Shown piece by piece: positions 8,849 to 16,378 of a stretch of DNA of 56,845 bases (its first letter is position 1; the number at the start of each line of letters is the position of its first letter). The DNA comes from a virus (Duplodnaviria; Caudoviricetes). Made by a program: the position numbers and the translations under genes. The notes under the pieces are model-generated. The model had not been told where the DNA came from. It did no database searches and was given only the letters and a program-made list of their open reading frames with translations. Where the stretch lies: positions 1 to 56,845 of IMG/VR virus record IMGVR_UViG_3300036985_002500, one strand, 5' to 3'.

Positions 8849-9154
8849 ATGTTTGAACAAATGAAGAAGTCAAAGGATAAAGTTTCTTATCTATTAAGAA
8901 ATCATCCTAAATTAAGAGATAGCGACTATAAATTAATTGCTACCTATTGGCACAAAGAAATAGGAGAAGACATCTCATCTATGTCTGCATTTGATTTACT
9001 TAAAAAAATAGCAGAAGGAAAGCTAACTAGTTCAGAATCAATAAGAAGGGTAAGACAAAAGATTCAAGAAGATAATCCTGAATTGCGTGGAGAAGTATGG
9101 CTGAATAAGCAATTAAAAAGCGAAGAGGTTAGAGAAAACATAAAGCATTTATAA
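8849..9154 (+). CDS. Hypothetical phage protein
   Basis: 101-aa ORF in operon. Confidence 0.75.
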   Translation: MFEQMKKSKDKVSYLLRNHPKLRDSDYKLIATYWHKEIGEDISSMSAFDLLKKIAEGKLTSSESIRRVRQKIQEDNPELRGEVWLNKQLKSEEVRENIKHL

Positions 9155-9366
9155 TGATAGGAGTATTAATAGACAAAGGATCTTGGTTTGTTAGGTATGT
9201 AGACTCAAAACAAAATATAAATGACATACCATTATACCATGAGCAGGCAATGATACTAGATAAATCAAAAGAAAACACATTCGTTTCATTTGAAAAGATA
9301 TGGGTTAAGAATAAGCTTTGGGTTGCCTTAATAAAATTTATTGACGAAGAAAAAATGAACGAATGA
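9154..9366 (+). CDS. Hypothetical protein
   Basis: 70 aa, coupled at both ends. Confidence 0.65.
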   Translation: MIGVLIDKGSWFVRYVDSKQNINDIPLYHEQAMILDKSKENTFVSFEKIWVKNKLWVALIKFIDEEKMNE

Positions 9367-10007
9367 ATATAAATTATAACGAAAGAATAGAATTATTAAA
9401 AGATAAGCTTCACGTATTAGAACAATGTAATAGATTGTACAATTATTTTTATCCAATTAAAAAATCTAAAAATAGCTATGTCGTTGAGATGAGAAGATTA
9501 GTTGGTCAGCAATTATATGACATAGGAATGTCAAAAGTAGATATATCAGGAATATTTGGGAAAGACCATTCTACAGTAGTTCATTTGCTAGGCATAGAAA
9601 GTAGTATAGATGTTCAAAAAGAAGTGGCTGATAAATATAAACTATGGATTGAGTTAGGTTTATATCCAGATTCTATATTTGTTTTAGAAGTTTCTGATAT
9701 ACATTTTAATGGACATAAGCATACTTTAGATTATATTTTAACTGACGAACTAACTTATGACAAAAACAGTAAAGAAAAGTATATGTCTAGATCTATAAGT
9801 AAATACTTTAAGGATAGAATGATGAATTTAATTTCATCAGAAGATTATACCTCATCTAGAGCTTCTCTTAATGATGCGTTTATTAATAAGGTTAAGTTTT
9901 CTCATCCTGATAACTATAAGTTAATAGAAGAGAAAGAAAGTGCATACAAAGAAAATATGCTGATTATAAATAGTAAAAATATTATTAATTATGATAGACA
10001 TATTTGA
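9363..10007 (+). CDS. Protein with DnaA domain IV-like HTH
   Basis: MSKVDISGIFGKDHSTVVH resembles the DnaA C-terminal RDHTTV signature. Confidence 0.6.
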   Translation: MNINYNERIELLKDKLHVLEQCNRLYNYFYPIKKSKNSYVVEMRRLVGQQLYDIGMSKVDISGIFGKDHSTVVHLLGIESSIDVQKEVADKYKLWIELGLYPDSIFVLEVSDIHFNGHKHTLDYILTDELTYDKNSKEKYMSRSISKYFKDRMMNLISSEDYTSSRASLNDAFINKVKFSHPDNYKLIEEKESAYKENMLIINSKNIINYDRHI

Positions 10008-10305
10008 TGAAAAACCTCAACCTAGATTATACATAGCTGATTTATATATAAAAGCTATAACAAGAAAGAAAACTAAGAAGCAAGTTCTAACAAGTACTAG
10101 GGATTTAGTCATCCCAAATACATCAATAGTATTATTAGATAACAAGTTTCCAACGAAAAAATCAGAAAATATATTCTTCAAAAAGATATTTGATAAGTAT
10201 ATAGATAAGGGAGACATAAACAATGTTTCCTTTAAGATAGAAAGAATGGAAAATATAAAATTATCATCCAATTTATCTTATAAATTTAATTATAACGAAC
10301 ATTAA
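9991..10305 (+). CDS. Hypothetical basic protein
   Basis: 104-aa ORF in operon. Confidence 0.6.
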   Translation: MIDIFDEKPQPRLYIADLYIKAITRKKTKKQVLTSTRDLVIPNTSIVLLDNKFPTKKSENIFFKKIFDKYIDKGDINNVSFKIERMENIKLSSNLSYKFNYNEH

Positions 10306-10322
10306 TAGTAACATTTTTTTTG

Positions 10323-10330
10323 TATATTTG
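10323..10330 (+). promoter_or_regulatory. TAnnTTTG promoter element
   Basis: TATATTTG 22 bp before the ATG at 10353. Confidence 0.55.
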
Positions 10331-10352
10331 TTATATTATTTAAATAAACACC

Positions 10353-10949
10353 ATGGAAAAACAATTATTACAAGTCTTAGAGTTTCAAAAGGCATTCAAT
10401 GTAGAAATTCCTACTACTCCTAAGATGTTAAGAAAGACCAGAGCTAAACTTAGACAATCCTTATTGGAAGAAGAAGTTAAAGAGTTGCTTGAGGCAAAGA
10501 ATATTATAGACGTAGCTGATGCTATAGTAGATATTCTTTACATAACTTATGGAACGGCTCATGAGTACGGTATCGCTGATAGATTAATTCTTCTATTCGA
10601 TGAGATTCATAAGTCAAACATGACTAAGGTTGGCCCTGATGGGAAAGCATTATTCAGAAGAGATGGTAAAGTATTAAAGCCAGAGACTTATACAGAGCCA
10701 AACTTAAGACCTATTCTTGAGCGTGACTTTTCAATATACAAGTCAAGTGATTTAGCTAAGGAACTTGCTGAAATAGAATCTAATATTGTAAATGGAATTA
10801 TTCATAATACAATAAAAAAGAATCTATCATTTTTTGACAGAATATTATTCTCTATTTATAATAAGTTAGAATCTATTCTTGAGAAGAAAGTTCAAGTTGA
10901 ATTTCCAAAGGTAATTGTGTACGGAAAAGAACATGTTATCAAAGGGTAG
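10353..10949 (+). CDS. MazG-like (all-alpha) NTP pyrophosphohydrolase
   Basis: LLEEEVKEL, DAIVDILYITYG, EIHKSNMTK, DGKVLKP motifs. Confidence 0.85.
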   Translation: MEKQLLQVLEFQKAFNVEIPTTPKMLRKTRAKLRQSLLEEEVKELLEAKNIIDVADAIVDILYITYGTAHEYGIADRLILLFDEIHKSNMTKVGPDGKALFRRDGKVLKPETYTEPNLRPILERDFSIYKSSDLAKELAEIESNIVNGIIHNTIKKNLSFFDRILFSIYNKLESILEKKVQVEFPKVIVYGKEHVIKG

Positions 10950-11328
10950 GAAATATGGCAATAAAAAAATAGAGCATGATGGAGTTAAATTTGACTCCAA
11001 GCTTGAGTTCTATTGCTATAATTTATTGAATTCCCTTGAGTTTAAATTTGAATTTCAACAAAAGTTAGTTCTTATTGACAAGTTCAAATACAATACAGAG
11101 TCTATTAGAGCCATAACGATGATAATAGACTTCGTATTATCTCATGGAGATACAATTATATACATTGATACAAAAGGATTCGCTACAGAGGTATCTAAAA
11201 TAAAGTATAAGATGCTAAAGAATCATTTAAAGAATGAAATTAACACAAGAGTTATATGGCTTCACTCACAAAAAGAAGTCAATGAATTTTTAAACAATCT
11301 AAAAAACAATAAAGATGTCAACAATTAA
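10915..11328 (+). CDS. DUF1064-like PD-(D/E)XK endonuclease
   Basis: KYGNKK..DGVKFDSKLE, IDF, IDTKGF. Confidence 0.8.
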   Translation: MCTEKNMLSKGRKYGNKKIEHDGVKFDSKLEFYCYNLLNSLEFKFEFQQKLVLIDKFKYNTESIRAITMIIDFVLSHGDTIIYIDTKGFATEVSKIKYKMLKNHLKNEINTRVIWLHSQKEVNEFLNNLKNNKDVNN

Positions 11329-11710
11329 CAAAGTAATTCTATTAGGTAACGTAGGTTCAGTAGATGTAAAAGAATTTGATGGTGGTAAAAAGCTAGTTCA
11401 AGTATCATTAGCAACTTCTGAAAGTTATAAAAAAGGAGATGAGTACGTAAACAAGACAGAGTGGCATAGATGTATATTCGCTATACCTAATTTGGCTGAT
11501 AGAGCTGTAAATATTAAGAAGGGTGATAAGATATATGTAGAAGGAAGTGTATCAACAAACTCTTGGACTTCAAAAGAAGGAGAAAAGAAAGAGAATAAAG
11601 AGATTTCTTGCATTATGTTTAAGACTTTTCAGAAAGCTGATTCATCAAAAGAAGATTTGTCTAATGCATCTATTCCTCAAGGATCTTTAGTAGATGATAT
11701 TATATTTTAA
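11315..11710 (+). CDS. ssb: Single-stranded DNA-binding protein
   Basis: INKVILLGNVG, SLATSE, TEWHR, KGDKIYVEG and an acidic/aromatic C-terminus. Confidence 0.92.
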   Translation: MSTINKVILLGNVGSVDVKEFDGGKKLVQVSLATSESYKKGDEYVNKTEWHRCIFAIPNLADRAVNIKKGDKIYVEGSVSTNSWTSKEGEKKENKEISCIMFKTFQKADSSKEDLSNASIPQGSLVDDIIF

Positions 11711-11804
11711 AATAAGTTACACTAAGCAGGTTACTGTAAACAAAACTACGGCTGCATTGAGTTGTGGCTGTATATTTGTCCAGTTTTTTTTATAATAAAC
11801 GGGA

Positions 11805-11937
11805 CATAACATTTTGTAGATAAGCGAAGGCAAAGATTTATAAACAAAAATTTTAACTTAAAAACAAATATAATTATGAAAACGAAAACATCAATTTACC
11901 ACCGCACCTTTGCTTTTGCTTATGCGCTGTTAGTAGC
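11805..11937 (+). mobile_element. attC-like site 1 (long loop containing the ORF start)
   Basis: CATAAC(11805)...ATAAGCGAAGGCAAAG(11820-35)...CTTTGCTTTTGCTTAT(11908-23)...GTTAGTAGC(11929-37). Confidence 0.6.
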
Positions 11938-12145
11938 TGTTATTTTTTGCGGTTGTGAGCCGATAAATAATGAGCAACAAAAGAAAGTAGAAGCAACAGA
12001 ATTAAACGATTATTCTGTAAGCAATGAAGGTGTACAAATATTAACTATTGATAGTTGCGAATATGTTTGGTGTAAAAATGGTCATGGTGCAGGATTAACA
12101 CATAAGGGGAACTGTAAATTTTGTGCAGAACGTAGCAAGAAATAA
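11876..12145 (+). CDS. Predicted lipoprotein with Cys/His-rich C-terminus, on the cassette
   Basis: Basic N-terminus, hydrophobic stretch, lipobox-like FCGC; IDSCEY...THKGNCKFC. Confidence 0.8.
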   Translation: MKTKTSIYHRTFAFAYALLVAVIFCGCEPINNEQQKKVEATELNDYSVSNEGVQILTIDSCEYVWCKNGHGAGLTHKGNCKFCAERSKK

Positions 12146-12147
12146 TT

Positions 12148-12200
12148 GCTACTAACATCCGTATAGGCGCACGTTTCAATGGCGTTTATACCTTGTTATG
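12148..12200 (+). mobile_element. attC-like site 2
   Basis: GCTACTAAC-ATCC-GTATAGGCGC-loop-GCGTTTATAC-CTT-GTTATG, immediately after the stop codon. Confidence 0.65.
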
Positions 12201-12256
12201 AAAATTATAATCCGCCAAAATCATAATTATTTTATAATTTTGGCACAGTATAAAAT

Positions 12257-12329
12257 AGTGAGGTGGCGTAATGAGGCGAGGTTGCCAAGTCCTATATGGT
12301 TGCTTTACGGTTCGAGTCCGCCCTCACTA
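12257..12329 (+). tRNA. Degenerate tRNA-like element (anticodon not assignable)
   Basis: Acceptor AGTGAGG/CCTCACT, GGTTCGAGTCC T-loop, 73 nt; D and anticodon arms irregular. Confidence 0.5.
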
Positions 12330-12346
12330 CTAATTATTAATAATAA

Positions 12347-12453
12347 GACTAAGTAGCGTAAGTGGGAATGAATACCACCTTGGGTAACGTGTTTGCTAGA
12401 ATAGTATTCTTTAAATAGGCAGATAGATGAGAGTTCGAATCTCTCCTTAGTCA
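12347..12453 (+). tRNA. Expanded tRNA-like element (107 nt)
   Basis: Perfect GACTAAG/CTTAGTC acceptor and GAGAG-TTCGAAT-CTCTC T arm; enlarged D and anticodon loops. Confidence 0.6.
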
Positions 12454-12467
12454 CTAAATTTAAAATT

Positions 12468-12701
12468 ATGAATGAATACACATTGCAATTATCCGCAGAG
12501 GATATAGGAGAAATTATAACTATAATTAGAGTTCAACATCTTAAGATGCACGCTGAACCTTTCGCTAGAAAGATAGGTATAAAAGAAAAGTTGTTATTAA
12601 CTGTTGAAGAAGGAAGAGGCCCACATGGATTGCTAGTCCTTAAAAAGATTGATAGCGCATTTCATAACATAAAAGTATCTGTTAATATAGGTATATTATG
12701 A
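12468..12701 (+). CDS. XRE-family HTH regulator
   Basis: IGEII..IR...M..E.FARKIGI....L..VEEG pattern. Confidence 0.6.
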   Translation: MNEYTLQLSAEDIGEIITIIRVQHLKMHAEPFARKIGIKEKLLLTVEEGRGPHGLLVLKKIDSAFHNIKVSVNIGIL

Positions 12702-12729
12702 GATCAATAATAATGAAGAGACACGTATC

Positions 12730-12754
12730 CTTATTTAGAATGATTATAAATAAG
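12730..12754. promoter_or_regulatory. Palindromic operator (Fur-box-like)
   Basis: CTTATTTAGAAT-G-ATTATAAATAAG at the convergence of the two arms; same motif three times at 56.2-56.4 kb. Confidence 0.5.
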
Positions 12755-12816
12755 AGATATATCCGAAGAAATAATTTAAGTAAGAGAATAAATAATGAAG
12801 AAGGAGATTAATCTTT

Positions 12817-13101
12817 TTATTTAAAAAATTGATGCTTCTTATCTGCTCTATTCTTTGATTGAGATTGGCTTTTTGTATTTGTGCTGCTAGTATGAGCCAC
12901 ATCCATACCATCCTTATTGCCATGAGTTCCATTCTTTCTATTTATAGCTTGTAATATAGCACGATACTTTCTTCTCGCTGGAGTTGAGTGATACCTTTTA
13001 TTGTATACGTCTCTCTTCTTTGCTGCTTTAGGATTCTCGTGATAGTATTTAGCTGTCTTGCTTTGACCTTTCTGAGTTCCTGCTAGTGTATTTCTTGCCA
13101 T
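12817..13101 (-). CDS. Small basic protein, degenerate HNH-like
   Basis: DGMDVAH...SKNRA pattern. Confidence 0.6.
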   Translation of the reverse strand: MARNTLAGTQKGQSKTAKYYHENPKAAKKRDVYNKRYHSTPARRKYRAILQAINRKNGTHGNKDGMDVAHTSSTNTKSQSQSKNRADKKHQFFK

Positions 13102-13102
13102 A

Positions 13103-13678
13103 TTACTTAGTTGGTCTAAATGTTTTTCTATAGTCCTCTAATCTATTCAACCATCCTTTAAGAAATTTAGAATTCTTAGTTCCAGGTCTTCCTATATATT
13201 TAAAGAATCTTTCTCTCTCCGCAAGTAATGCATCGAATAATACTTGTGCGTTTATAAGATTAGCTGCTGCAATAGTTTTGTTTCCTAACGCTCCGTCTTT
13301 ATCAATATCAACTCCACAATTAATAATCGCTTGTTGTAAGGAAGTTACAGCTTGTTTCTTGCCTGATCCCCATGCCATTCCTGTCGTAAATATAGCAACA
13401 TTTTGCGACAAAAATTCATCTGCTCTTACTGAGTTCCAGTATAAAGTTTTGAATACATTGAACCAATCTTCGTTAGACATGTTAAAGAATCTAGCATCTT
13501 TATCTTTACCGTAGAATTCCTTCCATACAGCATAAGTTATTCCAATGTTAGTATGGTATCCACCTAAACCTTTAAATGGCGTAGGACAAGGAAATTTAGA
13601 TGCTGAGTCAGCCTTATCTCTAGAGAGTCCACCTTCCCATTTCTTCGTAAATGTAATATACTTATCTATCAATTCCAT
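13103..13678 (-). CDS. Endolysin, GH108-like with peptidoglycan-binding C-terminus
   Basis: WEGG, TNIGIT, DG.LG.KT, FLKGWLNRL. Confidence 0.88.
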   Translation of the reverse strand: MELIDKYITFTKKWEGGLSRDKADSASKFPCPTPFKGLGGYHTNIGITYAVWKEFYGKDKDARFFNMSNEDWFNVFKTLYWNSVRADEFLSQNVAIFTTGMAWGSGKKQAVTSLQQAIINCGVDIDKDGALGNKTIAAANLINAQVLFDALLAERERFFKYIGRPGTKNSKFLKGWLNRLEDYRKTFRPTK

Positions 13679-13681
13679 ATC

Positions 13682-14179
13682 TTAGTTTTTAATGTCTTTG
13701 TAAGTGTCTGATACTTTAGTTATTGTTGTTCTAATCTTTCTAACAATACTAAATGTACTTTTTAAAATGTTATTACCACTAATATCGAACCAATTTTCAT
13801 TGATACTAGATAATTCCATAAGACCAAATATACACAATAACATATTAGTAAACAAAGCTGGTGTAGGTATTACAAAAGAATAACCTAATGCGCTTAGTAG
13901 GCTAGAACTAAATGGGGTTAATGCATAGAAGTCTAATGGAAATAAAGCTCCTGCAAGTATATAATATCCTGCTGCTTTAAAAATATATCCTCGTCTAAGC
14001 ATTTTAGATTTAAATACATCTCTGAATTTTTTATCTTCTACACACGCTATCTTTTTTAAAGCTATTAACTTCACGATTGTATCTAGGAATATAATACTCA
14101 TTAAAATAATTGTACAAAGCTCTATCGGAGCAAAAAATGAGAATATTGACAAAGCTATAAGTATTAAATTCGTTTTCAT
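13682..14179 (-). CDS. Holin
   Basis: Several TM helices, ELSSINEN motif, directly upstream of the endolysin. Confidence 0.75.
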   Translation of the reverse strand: MKTNLILIALSIFSFFAPIELCTIILMSIIFLDTIVKLIALKKIACVEDKKFRDVFKSKMLRRGYIFKAAGYYILAGALFPLDFYALTPFSSSLLSALGYSFVIPTPALFTNMLLCIFGLMELSSINENWFDISGNNILKSTFSIVRKIRTTITKVSDTYKDIKN

Positions 14180-14188
14180 ATTAATTAA

Positions 14189-14704
14189 TTATCTAAATGG
14201 TTTTGGTATCAATAATTTAACTCCATTAATAAATAAAAATAGAGCACCAACTACAGATAGAAATATCATCCACCAAGGATAATTTCTGTTTTCTTCTTTT
14301 ATTTGAGTTCTATTTGTTTTTCCTTCTTCTTTAGAATCTATTTTATTATTCTTTACAACTGCTTTTAAGGAGTCAGAATACATTCCTGCCATTATCTTTA
14401 AAGAGTCTTTGAATCTTCTATTATCAAACCTTGTCATCCACCTTGTTTCTACAGTAGCTTTAGGACAATTACAAGGTATATTTTTGACAACATATATAAG
14501 GGAGTCTTTTCCGTCAACTCCCTTAGTATGTATAGTGTCTATTTTTGGTACATAGATTGTATCACACGTAATAACTCCACCTTTAGTATAGAACTTATCT
14601 AAATGATATTTGGCATCGTGACAGCCAGATAGCATGTATAGCATTACTATGCTAATAATAGTAGCAAAGAATAAAGTTATTATATGTCTTACATCTATGT
14701 TCAT
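14189..14704 (-). CDS. Probable unimolecular spanin
   Basis: N-terminal signal with LSGC lipobox plus C-terminal TM helix, within the lysis cassette. Confidence 0.65.
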   Translation of the reverse strand: MNIDVRHIITLFFATIISIVMLYMLSGCHDAKYHLDKFYTKGGVITCDTIYVPKIDTIHTKGVDGKDSLIYVVKNIPCNCPKATVETRWMTRFDNRRFKDSLKIMAGMYSDSLKAVVKNNKIDSKEEGKTNRTQIKEENRNYPWWMIFLSVVGALFLFINGVKLLIPKPFR

Positions 14705-14706
14705 AA

Positions 14707-16062
14707 TTATAAGAATATATTACCTTGACTATCTTCTACAGCAGTAATTGCTTGAGTAAGATTTGCATTATATGCACCACCACCTAAATAAGTATTTCCT
14801 CTTAGTCTAATTGCTTGAGCAACAGCATCATTAAAGAAATATGGAGCAGTTGCATTAGCCAAAATAAAAGTGCAATTTAAAATAGTATTAGGAAAAAATC
14901 CTCCATTACCACGCATACCATATCCAGCAGCATTATTCCACTCATTTATTGCAATTACATTATAAAGTTGAGGGTTTCCGTTTGTATTCCACATAGCAAT
15001 TCCACTTGTAGTTTGGGCAGTTGAATTATAAGTTATACCATAACCCATTCTTATTCCATAAGAAGATGAACTAATTCCAACACAATTTGACATAGCTGAG
15101 TAATTCTGTATACCAGCACCACTTACTGAAATACCACTACAATTTGTCCCTCTCCCATATCCTTGTTGTGTAAAACCAGTTCCAGTATTTGATCTTCCAG
15201 TTGAGTTAGTTGTATTTCCATAACTATTAATTCCATCTCCAGTATTTGATACACCAGTACAATTACTTATAGTTGCATAATACCCCCCATATACACCAAT
15301 TCCAGAATCAGAATACCCATAAGAATTATTAATAATTCCAGCAGCGTGTACTCTTATAGCATATCCAGATGTACTATATGCAGTAATATTTGTACCTAAA
15401 CTACCAGTTCCATAACATCCAAAAGATCCGTATGCCGTATCTGCTATACAAGTTGCATTTATAAATTCAAGCCCAGAAGTTGTTGTTATTGCACAACCAA
15501 AAGTAGAACTATTTTTAAATGTTGATCCAGAACAATCAAGTATACCATTTCCAGAAACAGAAGCTATAAAAGCATTATCAGATACTTGTCCAGTGCTTCC
15601 AGATCTTACTCCGTATAAATTTAAAATACTAATTCTTATTCCAGTAGTAGTTGGAGTTACAAATGCATTTAATAAACCACTGTTATTAAGTGTATAAGTA
15701 TATCCATTTCCATTGATGTTTACTCCATCTTTTAAAGTTATACTTACCGCACCTGTTTCTGTGTAATTAGCAAACATCTCAATCACCTGACCACTAGTAG
15801 CAGCTGTCATAGCTAAAGTAAGAGTTGTGTAGTAAGTATATACTCCACTTGTATTTGATATACCAAAGATACCTGCTGCGCTACCTCCTGCTGCAAATAT
15901 TTCTAATACTGTACCTGAAGCATTCTTAAAATGTACAAGTTTGTCAGCCTTATCATAAAAATAAGTTGAGTTAGCAACAGAAGGCCAATCAGCACTTGTA
16001 TCTGTGGTAAATGTATAATTTATTGCGCCTGCTGGTGCGCCTAATACTGCTGTAACTGCCAT
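14707..16062 (-). CDS. Tail spike / receptor-binding protein (beta-helix) paralog A
   Basis: G/S/T/N-rich NC.G.S..G.G repeats; paralogous to the next two. Confidence 0.75.
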   Translation of the reverse strand: MAVTAVLGAPAGAINYTFTTDTSADWPSVANSTYFYDKADKLVHFKNASGTVLEIFAAGGSAAGIFGISNTSGVYTYYTTLTLAMTAATSGQVIEMFANYTETGAVSITLKDGVNINGNGYTYTLNNSGLLNAFVTPTTTGIRISILNLYGVRSGSTGQVSDNAFIASVSGNGILDCSGSTFKNSSTFGCAITTTSGLEFINATCIADTAYGSFGCYGTGSLGTNITAYSTSGYAIRVHAAGIINNSYGYSDSGIGVYGGYYATISNCTGVSNTGDGINSYGNTTNSTGRSNTGTGFTQQGYGRGTNCSGISVSGAGIQNYSAMSNCVGISSSSYGIRMGYGITYNSTAQTTSGIAMWNTNGNPQLYNVIAINEWNNAAGYGMRGNGGFFPNTILNCTFILANATAPYFFNDAVAQAIRLRGNTYLGGGAYNANLTQAITAVEDSQGNIFL

Positions 16063-16063
16063 T

Positions 16064-16360
16064 TTATTTTAATTTAATAAGTTCTACAAATGCATCAAAA
16101 TCTGCTTTCTGTTCTACAGTCATATCTACATAGTCAAGTTCTGTAAATGATTTAGGAATACTATTTTCAATTCCATAAAACTTCATGATTCTTGGAATAG
16201 GATTGTAGATATTCACAGACAACAACTCTTGTGTATCTGAAAATGCTTCCATAAAGAAGTCATACTCTGGTGTCAAAGGATAAATTTCTTTAGTGTTTGT
16301 TAATTCATCATAAGCATAGATCTCTAAGCCCATAATGTCAATCTTTGTAACTGATTCCAT
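16064..16360 (-). CDS. Small acidic protein, possible spike chaperone
   Basis: 98 aa between spike genes; function from position. Confidence 0.6.
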   Translation of the reverse strand: MESVTKIDIMGLEIYAYDELTNTKEIYPLTPEYDFFMEAFSDTQELLSVNIYNPIPRIMKFYGIENSIPKSFTELDYVDMTVEQKADFDAFVELIKLK

Positions 16361-16378
16361 TTTTGTTTATTTTATTTA

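Noticed and set aside
12396-12420. CTTTAAA as an ochre-suppressor anticodon loop / stop-codon recoding
   Set aside because: No proper 5-bp stem around it, and long genes are intact under the standard code with TAA as the main stop
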